Source of the DNA: Vicugna vicugna
Taxonomy: Eukaryota
Assembly (NCBI GenBank): GCA_013265495.1
Contig: MU061560.1
Location: forward strand, 1,054,001-1,118,000
DNA: 64,000 nt
Direction of reading: 5' to 3'
Shown here: piece after piece, positions 12,550-25,347 of the stretch
Layout of the letters: the number at the start of each line of letters is the position of its first letter
Numbering within the stretch: the stretch's first letter is position 1
Translations under genes and position numbers: made by a program
The notes under the pieces: generated by a model
Told to the model about the DNA's origin: nothing
The model's input: only the letters and a program-made list of their open reading frames with translations
Database searches by the model: none

Positions 12550-15500
12550 TTCTTTTTTTCTTCCAGTTTTATTGAGATAAAATTGATATACAGCAATGAC
12601 TAAGTTTGAGGTGTGCAACATAATGCTTTGACTTACCTACCTCGTGAAATCATTACAACAATAAGTTTAATGAACATCCGTCATCTCACATAGACACAAA
12701 ATTTTAAAAATAGAAAAAATTTTTCTTTGATGAGAATTCTTATGATTTATTCTCTTAACAACTGTCATGTAGTGTACAGCATTGTTAATTATCTTTATCA
12801 TGTTATGCATTTCATCCTTGCTACTTCTTTATCTTATAATTGGAATTTTGTACCAATCAACTACTTTCATTGGATTTTCCCTCTCCTCACCCCTTGCTTC
12901 TGGTAACCACAAATTTTATCTCTTTTTCTATGTGTTTGTTTGTTTTTGAAGTATGATTGACCCAAGATGCTTTGTTACCTGTTAGACAAAGTAGCGATTC
13001 CATATCTCTGTACATTTCAAAATGGCAACCATGGTAAATGTGGTTGTGCTATGTCACCAAACAAACAAATTGCATAGCTATTGACTATATTCCCCACACT
13101 GTACATTTTATACCTGTGACTCATTTGTTTCACAACTGGAAGTTTGTACTTGGTTATCTCACTTGCTTATTTCTCTCTTGCTCCACCCATCCCATCTGGC
13201 AACCACCTATTTGTTCTCTATAACTCTATTTCTGTTTTTACTACGCTTGTTTGTTTTGTTTTCTTTTAAATTCCACATATAAGTGAAGTCCTACAGTATT
13301 TGTCTTTCTCTGACTTATTTCACTTAGCTTACTATCCGCTAGATCCATCCATGTTGTTGCAAATGGCGAGATTTTTTATGGCTGAGTAATATTCCATTGT
13401 ACATATATGCCAGATCTATTGATGGGTTCCTGTCTATTATGGGCACTTGGATTTCTTCCATGTCTTGGCTATTGTAAATAATGCTGCAATTAACATAGGG
13501 GTGCATGTATCTTTCTAGTTAGTGTTTTTGTTTTCTTCAGAAAAATAAGCAGGAGTGGAATTGCTGGATAATATGGTAGTTCTATTTTAAGGTTTTTAAG
13601 GAACCACCATACTGTTTTCTATAGCGGCAAAACCAGTATATGTCCCCATGCACTATTGTGAGTGAAAAATTCCCTTTTCTCTACATCTTCACCAACACTT
13701 GTTATTTGTCTTTTTTATAATGGTCATTCAGACAGATGTGGGTTGATACTTCATTATGGTTTTGAATTACATTTTCCTGATCATTAGTGATGTTGAGAGT
13801 CTTTCCATGTGCCTATGGTCCATCTGTATGTCTTCCCTGGGGAAAAAAAATATCTATTCAGTTCCTCTGCCCATTTCTTAATTGGGTTGTTTGTTTGTTT
13901 TTAATTTTGAGTTGAGTTTGTGTATTTAGGATATTAACCCTTACTGGATATATCATTTACAAATATCTTATCCCACTTAGTAGGTGTTTTTTTTATCTCA
14001 TTGAGAGTTTCCTTCATTGTGCAAAAGCTTTTATTTTGATGTAGTCCCAATTTTTAACTTTTGCTTGCCTGAGGAGACATAGTCCCCAACATAGTACTAA
14101 GACTGATGTTAAAGAATTTACTGCCTATGTTTTCTTCTAGAAATTTTATGGTTTCAGATTTTACATTTAAGTCTATTTCATTTTGAATTTATTTTTGTAA
14201 ATTATATGAGAGAGAAGTTCAGTTTGACTCTTTTGCAGGTAGCTCTCTAGTTTTTGCAATACCATATATTGATTTACTTGTGTTTTCCCAATTATATATG
14301 CCATAGATCAACTGCCCATATAACTGTGGGTTTGTTTCTGCACTCTCTGCTCTGTTCCATTGATCAATGTGTGTGTTTGTTGGTCAATACCATACTGTTT
14401 TGCTTACTGTAGCTTTGTAGTATAGTTTGAAATCAGGACGTGTAATAACTCCCACTTTGTTCTTCATTCTCAAGATTGTTTTGGCTATTAAGGATATGTT
14501 TCCATTAAAAAATTAGAATTATTTATTCTAGTCCTTTTGAAAATGTTATGGGTATTTTGATAGGGATTGCACTAAATCTGTAGATTGCCTTGTGTGGTCA
14601 TTTTAATAGTATTAATTCTTCTAGTCCACGAGAACTATATTTCTATTTGTTTATGCTGTCTTCAGTTTTGTTCATCAGTGTCTTGCAGTTTTCTAAGTGC
14701 AAGTCTTATTTCCTTAGATGCATTTATTCCTAAGTGTTTCATTCTTTGCCATGCAATTGTAAATGAGATTGTTTCTTAATTTCTCTTTCTAATTGTTCAT
14801 TATTAGGGTGTAAAATGCAGCAGATTTCTATATATTAATTTTGCATCCTTCAATTTTACTGAGTTTTTTGATGAGCACTAGTAGTATTTTGTGACATCTT
14901 TAGGATTCCCTATGTATAGTATCATGTTCATCTGCAAACAGTAACATTTTGACTTCTTCCTTTCCAGTTTGGATTCCTTTCATTTCTTTTTCTTGCCTGA
15001 CTGCTACGGCTAGAACTTCCAAAATTGTGTTGGATAAAAATGGCAAGAGTGGGTATCCTTGTCTTTTTCCTAATTTTAGAGGAAACGCTTTTGGCTTTTT
15101 ACCATTGAGTATGATGTTAGCTATGGGTTTGATTATGTTGAGGTATGGTCTCTCTATATCCACTTTTTTGAGAATTTTTAATCATAAATAGATGTCAAAT
15201 TTTGTCAAAAACTTTTACTGCATCTATTGTGATGATCATATGATTTTTCCCTTCAGTTTGTTAATGTGATGTGTCCATTGGTTGATTTGCAGATATTGAA
15301 TCATCCTTCCATCTCTAGGACAAATCCCACATGATCATGGAGCCTTTTAATGTGTTGTTGAATTCAGTTAGCTAACATTTTATTGAGAATTTTTGTATCT
15401 ATGTTCATCAGTGATATTTTCCTGTAACTATTTTTTTTATCATATCTTTGTCTGGATTTGATATCAGAATGATGCTGGCCTTATGGAATGAGCTCAGAAG

Positions 15501-16360
15501 CATTCCTTCCTCTGCAATATTTTGAAATTTTAACTCATCTATACCCTATGAAGCCTTCCCGGGACAAACCCCTCCCCCATATCCTCTACTTTAGCTCCCC
15601 TCTGATGATAATATGTGATGCACACTTCCTGGTTTGTTTCAGATGCTAAAGCTCCCACCAAATGGAAGACCTTTACTTGATGACCATGAGCACATAGTCA
15701 TCCCCCAGGCTTACTGGGGCTTGAGGGTTGATAGTGTTAACCCCTGTGACATTGCCCTGTCACCTCACCATCAACCAAGTAGGGAATTGTGTATGAGCTT
15801 ATCACATAACTCGGAACTCCTCTCCTTCACCTGGCCTTTAAAAATACTTTGCTGAAACTTACCAGGAGGTTCAGGCTTTTTGAGCATTAGCTGTACCGGA
15901 TTCCTTATATGGGAGCACCTTACAATAAATGCTGCATTTTCCTTCGCCACAACCTGAGGTCGGTAGATTGGTTTTACTGCACACAGGTGAGAAGACCCAG
16001 GTTTTGGTTTGGTAATAGAATGGTTTAAGGATAGGTACTAACTCTTCTCTAACGTCCAATGGAATTTAATGCTGAAGCCCTCTGGTCCTGGACTTTCATT
16101 TGTTAGGAGTTTATTTTTTATTACTGACTTAATTTCATTACTGGTAATTGGTTTGTCCATATTTTCTATTTCTTCCTGCTTCAGTCTTGGGAGATCATAC
16201 GTTTCTAGGAATTTGCTCATTTCTCCTAGGTTGTCCGTTTTATTGGCAAATAGCTGTTCATAGTAGTCTTTTATAATCTTTCTTTGTATTTGGGTGGTGT
16301 CAGTTGTAACTTCTTTTTCATTTCTGATTTTATTGATTTGGGCTATCTCTTATTTTAATT
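12550..16360 (-). mobile_element. LINE-1 (3' UTR and degraded ORF2), interrupted by an LTR
   Basis: Minus-strand ORF2 peptides [28 protein letters not shown]...LFADE and MSKFLETYDLPRLKQEEIENM; polyT tail near 12551. Confidence 0.95.
15524..16017 (+). mobile_element. ERV1-type solo LTR nested in L1
   Basis: Non-L1 block with TATA-like ctttaaaa, AATAAA near 15924 and end ggtttggtaata. L1 sequence resumes in register after it. Confidence 0.8.
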
Positions 16361-16599
16361 CTTTTTTTAAAAACATTTTATTTCTATAATTGTTAATTTT
16401 ACTTACAATTTTGGCAACATTAATAAAATAATAAATTTTATCTGAAAGAATAAGCAAAATAGGCAAGGGAATTCACAAAGGGCAATGACCAAATAGTCAT
16501 CTTGACAGATATTCAATATATCTGTAAACAAAACAAAGTGACATTGCCTTAAAAATACAGACGAATCAATAGAAAAACAGAGAAATCTCCCAAAATAAC

Positions 16600-16760
16600 T
16601 GTTGACTGAAAAAAAAAAAGCACAACCTAAAGTTGAGAGTTACATTTTATTTGGTAGGTTTTCTGAGGACTTGAGCCTGGAAAGTGGCCCCTGAGATCAC
16701 GCTAAGAGACTGCTCTGAAGAGGCAAGGGAGCAGCCAGGATATATAGGAGTTTTAGCAAT
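16600..16760 (-). mobile_element. Truncated ERV LTR fragment
   Basis: tgttgactgaaaaaaa...ttttatttgg...ccaggatatatagg: polyA signal and TATA box read on the minus strand. Confidence 0.7.
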
Positions 16761-16769
16761 GAGGAGTTA

Positions 16770-17330
16770 AATGTTGGGACATTGGTGGGTCCAGGATATC
16801 TGGCTGCAGGGTCCTGGGGTCCCAGGGCTAGTACAAGTCCACTGGTGTATGGGATCTGGTCCTGGGCCCTCCGGTGGGCAGAGCCATGTCCTGAGCCACC
16901 AGTAGGCTTAAGGGGACTTACGGTGACTGACGGTTTGTTGTTGAGTGGGGCTGAGTCCTAGCCTGGCTAGTTGCTTGGCCTGAGGCATCCCAGTGCTGGT
17001 GCAGACAGCCTGGTGGGTGGGGTCAGGTCCTGAGGGTAATAAGCTAGATGGAAGATTCCAAAATGACACTTGCCAGCACCAGCATCATGGTAGGAAAAGA
17101 GCCTCAAAATGGCTGCTGCCAACGTCTGTGTCCCCAGCGTGAGCTCCAGTTGCCTCCTGCATCTCCTGGAAGCACTCCAAGATTAACAAGTGGGTCTGAG
17201 CTAAGTTCCTGCCAAATTACTTCTGCCTTGGGTTTTGGAGCTTGTGATATTTTGCACGTGCCATTTAGTAGTGGAATGTCTATTTCTCACAGCTCTCTGG
17301 CTTCCCTGAAAGTAAGCCATGCTGGTCTTA
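16770..17330 (-). mobile_element. LINE-1 5' UTR-derived fragment
   Basis: GC-rich (gagggtaataagctagatggaagattccaaaatgacacttgccagcaccagc...), typical of the antisense laurasiatherian L1 5' UTR. Confidence 0.7.
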
Positions 17331-17699
17331 TTAAACATGCATTCACACATCATAATTTGGATTACTGTCCTTCTTTGGATTCCCACTGCACTCAAGTAAT
17401 ATCTGAACTCCTTGTTAGGAGCCCCCATTGCTCCTCCCCCCCCCCCATGGTAGCTCCTGTATAATCTTATATTACTCTATCCCACTAATTTTGCTCCAGG
17501 CATACCTGTAGGTCTCTTTCATATTTGGGACACCTATATTAAAGGCTTGGAAGCAGCCCATTTCAGGCGGTAGGGAACGGGAGCATTTCAAGGTAATAAT
17601 GTGCCCTGAAAGGACCTAGAGAGCAGTGTTGCCTTCAGATTCTTTGCTGCATAGGGAATTGGCATTTGCTGTCTGTCAGCTTGTGTCTTAGTTTATCTC

Positions 17700-18010
17700 T
17701 TGACTTATATTCTTTTCTCATCTTTTAGGTCTCAGCATAAACATGCCATCTTCAAAAAGGTCTTCTTTGATTATCTTACTCAAAGTACGTCCACTCATTT
17801 GCTCTTCATCATATCACCTTACCTATTAATATGTTAGCATTTATCAGAGTTTAACATTATCTTTTTGTTTTATTTATTTTTATTCTCTCTCTTTACCTCC
17901 GATAGGTATATAAACTCTATGACCACAGCAACCTTGGGTGTTTTCTTATTAATATATCCCTGGTACCAAAGCAGTGTCTGGCTCAAAGATAACAGAATAA
18001 ATAAATGTGT
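17700..18010 (+). mobile_element. LINE-2 3' end
   Basis: tatatccctggtaccaaagcagtgtctggctcaaag...aataaatgt. Confidence 0.6.
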
Positions 18011-18569
18011 ACATGTTGAGTGTCATTTTCTACTTTCTCATTTCTGTCTCCAGTTTCTGGAAACAAATTATATTATTGGAGCACATTGTATTAATTATCT
18101 TCATTATACAAATAAACTAAACTGATAGTGCCAAAGTACAGCGGAAGAGTCTAAATTACTCTAATTAAATATTGATTTAATTTTCTTAAAATATGTATCA
18201 AACCTGCCATACACTTCTATTTCTAATAATACTCTCCCATAGTTCCTTTTGAAGGGATAAATTTAGAAACATGAGAGTAAACTTTGTGGATCAGATTGTG
18301 TCAAGGCAGTTTAGTTTGAAGCATATGTATCTGAGAAGTATAATTACAGTCATTCACGGCACAAGGTGATTATTATACACGTTTTAACATGTAACTAGAA
18401 TTGTTTCGTCCGTGGATTCTGAGATTGTAATAGGCACTGTCTTACTTCCCTGTCTTCACTGGCATTTTGTATTCTCTAGTTCTCATATATAAAATTTATT
18501 TTAAAAAGTAACCAAATTGAGTTTCAGAGAATGTAATAACTCTTGAAATTCTCACCTTTACATTTCTCT

Positions 18570-19169
18570 TGAGGCGGGAAGCCCCGTAAAAAGAACAGCA
18601 GGACCCGTAGGCAGGGCCGCTGCTCTCCTCTTAGCACCGCTGGTTCCTTGGCCCAGAGGCTCTATCTCACTTTTTGCCGCTAAAGCGGCTAACTTACACC
18701 TAGAATTCTATTGGTTCCCTGAGCTCACTTCTGATTGGTTATTTCCTTCACTCCTGATTGGTTATTACTCTCACTTCTGATTAGCTATTACTCTCACTTC
18801 TGATTGGCTATTACTCTCACTTCTGAATGGTCCACTCCCCTAACTTCTGATTGGTCCATTTGTAGTACTTCATTTGCATGGAGCTCACTTCTGATTGGTC
18901 AATTTCTACAAAGCTTGTTCCTGACTGGTCAACTTCTGTTGTACTTTATTTGCATACGATGTTGCAAAGTGTAAAACTGGCAGCCTATAAAAGGCCTGTG
19001 TAAACGTGCTGGCAGGGTCTAGAGCTTGAAGTTTTAACTCCTTTCGGCCTGCTGGTGTAATAAACCCGAGTTCTCCAACTCTCCGAGTGCTGTTTGGTCT
19101 CTCGCCCAGATGCAGGTTGCTGTCACAACTGAGCTGTAACGCCGAGCTGTGACGCGTTTTTCTGCAACA
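18570..19169 (+). mobile_element. Intact ERV1-class solo LTR, 600 bp
   Basis: TG...CA termini, perfect 4-bp TSD ctct (18566-18569, 19170-19173), TATAAAA 18986-18992, AATAAA 19059-19064, many retained CpGs. Confidence 0.93.
18705..18960 (+). promoter_or_regulatory. LTR U3 array of inverted CCAAT boxes plus two octamer motifs
   Basis: ATTGG at 18710, 18734, 18757, 18803, 18850, 18894 (variants at 18780, 18826, 18924); ATTTGCAT at 18872 and 18948. Confidence 0.75.
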
Positions 19170-22004
19170 CTCTAAGGACTGAGAGTGAAACTGTTCAATC
19201 ATGTCTGCGGGTATAGACACACTCCACATGTAAGTACAGATCATAACCCAAGGCAAGAGGAACTTAGGAATTTATGCCAGTTACATATCCGTTCAGTACT
19301 GAGTCTGCTCTTGTTGCTTTTAATGACATCCCATATCCCCAGATTGTAATGGTGAGATTCGTTGCCCTAAGTCTGTATTGCCCAATATCCACAGTCAGTC
19401 AGGACCCTTCTTTCTGTCTTTCCATCTTTTTGGACCCTTCCTCAATTGCCTTCCCCATCATTGTTCTAGATCTTGGTTTTTACTCCAACTTGTATTAATG
19501 TTAAACTTATTCTATCCCCATTTGTACATGCAGCCATGTATACAAGAAAGATTAGTTTTCCACATTGGTTCACTTTTTATTGTATTTGACATGCTTTGAA
19601 TTTCTCTTACAAATAATCCCAAATGAAAAATACTAGCTTTTGTTACATTTATGTGATTCACTTACATGAGTCTCATTTAGAGCACTGAGATTTTCAGTCA
19701 TCCTTATTTTGAGTATGGTTCTCTTGGTGAGTTACTCCACAGTCATCTCACCTCTTACTGAGTTGCGTTTCTTTGTTTCCAATTTTCTTATGTCCCCAGA
19801 AATGTCATTACTGTCCTTATTTATATTCATAGCATTGTCCAATACAAGTTCTGTAGGGGACCTGATCGAAAACCAGACCACACACCAGTGGCATCCTATT
19901 TCAAACCATCTATTTTCCTTCACTTCATTACTGGTTACCTTTGATGTCTAGTTTGAGCAAGTTTCTACTCCCCATGATAATGCTTACTATCAAGCTGAAA
20001 GGAGTTATTTCCATGATTATAATTTCATGATTTCTACATCTAAATTCTTTGCTAGAGAGACCATTAAATATTCTCTGGAGGAAAAAAATATAGCATAACA
20101 TTTTTTGCTGCTGTTGCATGAATTTACCATCACAAATTCTAGGAAGTGCCTTCTCTCCAGGAGAAATAGAGTAATAAGCTGCAAAATAATCAGATTTGAC
20201 AATTTATATTTACAGTAATAAAGTAATAATATCTTTATGATATACAAGATAATTTTTTAGTTCAGATTTTTATTTTTAAGACCAACTAGAAAATACAATT
20301 GAGACAATCAAAACAAGAAGACAGCATATGGTTTATTGATCCCACTAATATGATCTTGTTCCTCAGCATTTTTTACTAAGCCAAAGGTTTGTTTTGTGTA
20401 ATTAAGAATTTGGAGGGGAATTCTTAATTGAACCATGAATTGACTGTATCAAGTCAAAGCAAAAAAAAAAATGAATTATGTAAGGAAGATTTATGGCCAT
20501 TGGAAGTTTTGGGTGTGGTCCTTTTTCAGGTTGAGATTTTGCAGGGCTCTTGCTCTCAGTCTGTCTTCCAATTAATGAAGGGAAGACCTGCTATTTGAGA
20601 TGAGTTTTGAATTCTGGGGAATGAGGAACCAGGATGGAGAGGTGTCATTTATCTCCTAAAGCTTGCTCAGGACTTTTGATTCAAAAAGAGACAGCTTAAA
20701 CCAAACCTCTTTTTTTATTCCTAAATTGTCTAAAACTATTCACTAGGTATAAATAAGGCAGATATTCAGGGTAACATTTCAAATGATAAAAATTTAGTTG
20801 AAGCTTTCCTTTCAGTCTTCTTTCCCTTGAGAAACTCAGAAGAGAGCCTGTGCGTGGTACTCTGCATATGGCAGTTAATGAACAGCCTCAACTCTTCAAA
20901 CTTTTCTTAACCAAGTTGAAAAATCACTTTAGGTGAAGAGATTTTTTAAGTGGTTTAGTCATTGCTTTCGTGATAAAGACACAACTTACAAGAGTATGGG
21001 AATAATTCATTTAGCCAAAACTGGGTTGCCACAGATTGACTTTTGTGAAAAACAACTTAGAATAAGAGAATCAGTTAATTAAAGACTCCATCATACCTCT
21101 GCTGGAGAGTCATCATTTATGGTTGAGTTACATATCGCTTTATCCAAGTGCATCAAGCAGCAGAAAATAAAAATACATACTTCACATGAGAGAGTTGGCT
21201 TTCCAGATCGGCTCACAGGGCATGGGGGTGATCCTGGGGGTACAGCGACTCATGCTCCTAACTTTCACTGAAAGCTACTACTAACCTTTCTTTTCAGGGG
21301 GTAAACTTAACTTTTTCAGAGAACTGAAGTACAATTGAGCTTTTGATAACACAATTTAATTAAAAAGAAAATGTTCCCTTGGAGTTTCCCACAACTGCCT
21401 CCCAAAGAGATCAAGGAAGCTTGACACCTGCCCCATCATGAAACACCAGGCATCCTTTCCAGACTTCAGCAACCCTGGGAAGCTGAGAGCCCAGTAGGCT
21501 CTGAAGTGAAATCTGCCACTTGGCATTTCTCCTGTTCTCAGACACTCTGGCCATCCAACCACTCCCAAGGTCATGTTCTCGTCATCTCGGGGCTCTTCTC
21601 CATTGATCGGCTCTCACCCCTTCCACACTCCCCTAAACCCTTTCACTGTGACATTTGCTGTTACTGATCTATAATCAGCAAACTCTTATATAGCCTCAGT
21701 GGCTTCAACACATTTGCCTTAACTTGACCTCAGCATCCCTCAATCTGCAGGAGCTCACATGTTCACACCCCACTAATCTCCAGGTCAGATCATATATAAA
21801 CACTTAGGTCACAAATGCCTTGATCACCCGCTTGAACTGGTGTTCTCTCATCCACCTGAGAATCTCACTCCCGTTGGTGTATTCTGCACCTTTCGCCACC
21901 CAAAACTGTTTCGATGTAAAATCCCCAATTCAGACATTGCACAGTAAGGCCACAACCGTACATTTCTTGTTGGCTTGTATAACTTACTGGCATAAGTTTT
22001 TCCT

Positions 22005-22460
22005 GCTTTATTGAGATAACATTGACATTTAACATTGTGTAAGTTTAAAGTATGCGATGTTATGATTATACATACATATATAGTGAAATATTTACCACAA
22101 TAAGGTTAATTAGCATATACTTTACCTCATACAAGTACCATTTTGTTGTTATGGTGAGAACATGAAAGCTCTACTCCCACAGCCACCTTCAAGTGTACAA
22201 TACAATTCTGTTAACTATAGTCACCGGGCTGCCCCTTAGATCCCCAGGACTTATTTTGTAAGTGGAAGTTTTTCCCTTTTGACCAACATCTCCCCATTTT
22301 CCCCACCCCCTGTCCCTGGCCATCACCACTCTCCTATTTGCTTCTGTGAGTTCAGTGTTTTTTAGATTCCACATATAAGTGAGATTGTGCAGTGTTTGTG
22401 TTTCTCTGTCTGACTTATTTCACTTAGCATAATGCCTTCAAGGTCTACCCATGTTTTGCC
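22005..22460 (-). mobile_element. LINE-1 3' end (L1MA-like)
   Basis: tttattgagataacattgac...ttttagattccacatataagtgagat...cacttagcataatgcc. Confidence 0.9.
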
Positions 22461-23309
22461 TTAATTGTTTTATTTTTATGCTTCAGCCCTTCAGCATCAA
22501 CATTAACTCGTGTAGCTTTCTCATGCTCTTCAATAACCATTTCAGAATTTTCCTCCCTATCTTTAAAGACTTCTTTCTTTCTTATTCTCAGCCAATGATT
22601 GGGGCTACTCGAAATGGACATTTAGATGTCTCAAACTCAGTGTGTGGAAAACTATTTTTGCACCAGCCCTCATGGAAAACATAAATAACTGTAACCCTTC
22701 TATTACCTCACTTTCATGCACTCTGCTCTTGGATCGCTGTCGTATCTTTCCAGTTCACTTCTATTATTTCCATCAACTGTGCCTATAGCCGTGAAGCTGA
22801 GCGTATGGAGAAAAACACACAACCACATTGACCGTTCCTCCTTTAAACTCATGCCACAGACTTCAAAGTGGACCCTTAATCATCCCTAGCAATGATAGTA
22901 CATTTCCTTGGGCTGCTCACACTCTACTTTCTTGGAAGATTTTGCTCACATCTTCCTTCTCAGACCCTGACTCTTTCCTCTGGCTTTCCTTTTCACCTGA
23001 CCCCTTTCACTTCCTTCTTTACTGAGGACATGGAATCACTTAAAGGAGAACTTCGCCAGATCCTACCACCATAATTACCAACCTACCTACTACACTTGTA
23101 AGCTAAAAGATCTGATGGCACATTAGTACATGATCTCCTTGTGCTTCTGATTCAAGCCCAGACTTTCATGAGTGCATTAGACCTCAGCTCCTTTCACTCC
23201 ATCTAAAGGCACTGCTCCAGAAATTCTGCAGCCACCTCTTGTATTATGTTTTCCTTGTTTACATTATTATTCCCAACAGTACATAAGCATGACATTATTT
23301 TTCCCATCT

Positions 23310-23862
23310 TAGCAGCATTATTTACAATAGCCAAGACATGGAAACAGCCTAAATGTCCATCAACAGATGACTGGATAAAGAAGATGTGGTACATTTATAC
23401 AATGCAATACTACTCAGCCATAAAAACCGACAACATAACGCCATTTGCAGCAACATGGATGCTCTATGTTGGAGAATGAAATTCTAAGCGAAGTAAGCCA
23501 GAAAAAGAAAGAAAAATACCATATGAGATCGCGCATATGCGGAATCTAAAAAAAAAAAAACAAACAAACAAAGCATAAATACAAAACAGAAATAGACTCA
23601 CATAGAATACAAACTTGTGGGAGCAGGGGGTGGGAAGAGATAGACTGGGATTTCAAAATTGTAGAATAGATAAACAAGATTATACTGTATAGCACAGGGA
23701 AATACATACAAGATCTTATGGTAGCTCACAGAGAAAAAAATGTGACAATGAATATATATATGTTCATGTATAACTGAAAATGTGCTCTACACTGGAATTT
23801 GACACAACATTCTAAAATGATTATAAATCAATAAAAAATGTTTTAAAAAAAGAAAAAGAAAA
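23310..23862 (+). mobile_element. Young LINE-1 3' end inserted in L2
   Basis: tagcagcattatttacaatagccaagacatgg...aatcaataaaaaatgttttaaaaaaagaaaaag. Confidence 0.93.
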
Positions 23863-24926
23863 CTTTTCTTGACCCTACTTTCCTCACCAAATCTCATTCT
23901 TCTGCTCTTCTTTGCAATTGTGTTTACCTCTAATTATCTCTTAACCCCCTGCTTTTCCCTCCCAGTCAGACGTTGGCCCCATCCTTCCACTGAAACTGTG
24001 CTTAAGGTCACAAGTCACTTCCATGATACTAAATCTACTGGCCAAGTCCCAGTCCTCATCTTACTAGGTCTTTTTGAATCACTTGACTTCAGGTGATGAA
24101 ATCTTTCTCCTTTATACATTTTCCTCACCTGACTTGCAGAAATCAGCATCCTTTTGATTTTCCTCCATTATCCTTTCGGCATCTTCTTAGTCTCCTTTAT
24201 GGCTTCCTATCCTTGATCCATGCCTCACTGTTGGAATCCCCTGTGCCTTAGTCTTTTTTTATATCTATATCCATTCCCTTAATGATACTAAAATTAATGA
24301 TACTGTGGCTTTAAAGTTTAATTATATGCAGTTGACTTGCAAATTTATGTCATCAGTCTGGACTTCTCTCCTATTTAACAGTTACATGATATTTCAAACT
24401 TAAACTTGTCCAAAACTGGTTTTCTGCTCTGCTTCCAAATCCACTCTTTCTATGTGATTTTCCATTTTAGCTGAAGGCACCTTAGTCCTTTCAGCTATTT
24501 AAGCCAATAGTAATTTTTGAATCTTCCAGGAAATTTTAGTTCAAACTTTAAAATATATTAAAAACCAATCAATTCTCTCCATCTCTAACTACTATTACCC
24601 TGGTGTGAACGGTCATTATCTCTCACCTAGATTGTTGTTAGTGTTTTCAGTGGTCTCTCTGCCTCCCTATAATACAGTCAGTCGGACTTTATACCTGACA
24701 CAACAGCTGTGCTAACTTTTGTTGTAATGATTGGATTTTGTCACTCGTCTTCTGAAACCCCCTTAATCACTCCCTAACTTAGAAGGAAGCCAAAGTCTTT
24801 ACAATTGCCCATAAAGTCCTATGTGAACTGTTTCCACTTATAGCCTGACCTCAACTCCAGCTACCTTCTTCCTCCATTGTAGCTCAGTGACCAGCTTGCT
24901 TTTCTATGAGCATCTAAGTGTATCAG

Positions 24927-25008
24927 TGGGATGCATACCTCAGTGGTAGAGCGCCTGCTTAGCAAGGTCTTGGGTTCATTCCCCAGTACGTCTATCAAAA
25001 AAAAAAAA
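24927..25008 (+). mobile_element. Short degenerate tRNA-Ala-derived SINE (vic-1-like)
   Basis: A box ctcagtggtagagc, B box gggttcattccc, A12 tail. Confidence 0.8.
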
Positions 25009-25188
25009 TTGATCCATCTGAGTATCTTTTACTGGAAATTCCCTCTGCCTGGGACATTCTTCTCTCCAGACGGTATCATATTTAACTAACTCTTGTTCTT
25101 TAAGTCTTTGCTTAAATGTGACCTCCCAATGGCTTACCCAATTTTTAAACTTTTTTTTAACCACCCTATTTAAAATTACAACCCACCT

Positions 25189-25347
25189 GGAGGAGCGTAT
25201 AGCTCAAGTGGTGGAGTGCACGCTTAGCATGCACAAGGTCCTTGGTTCAATCCCCAGTACCTCCATGAAATAAATAAATAAATAAACCTATTTACTCCTT
25301 CCCCCATAAACAAAACAAAACAAAGCAAAACAGAACAAAAATAAAAT
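25189..25347 (+). mobile_element. tRNA-Ala-derived SINE (camelid vic-1-like)
   Basis: tagctcaagtgg...ggttcaatccccagtacctcc, A-rich tail, TSD aaaatt(a/g)caacccacc at 25172-25187 and 25348-25363. Confidence 0.92.

Noticed and set aside
18705..18860. CRISPR-like regularly spaced repeat
   Set aside because: Head-to-tail tandem units without unique spacers, inside a retroviral LTR in mammalian DNA; no cas genes.
19200..20000. Possible retroviral internal region or endogenous viral element after the LTR
   Set aside because: The TSD directly flanks the LTR (solo), there is no primer-binding site, and the frames I translated gave nothing recognisable.
25189..25265. tRNA-Ala gene (also at 42264, 59547, 59975)
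   Set aside because: Stems are broken, and the copies have A-rich tails and in some cases TSDs; these are SINEs.
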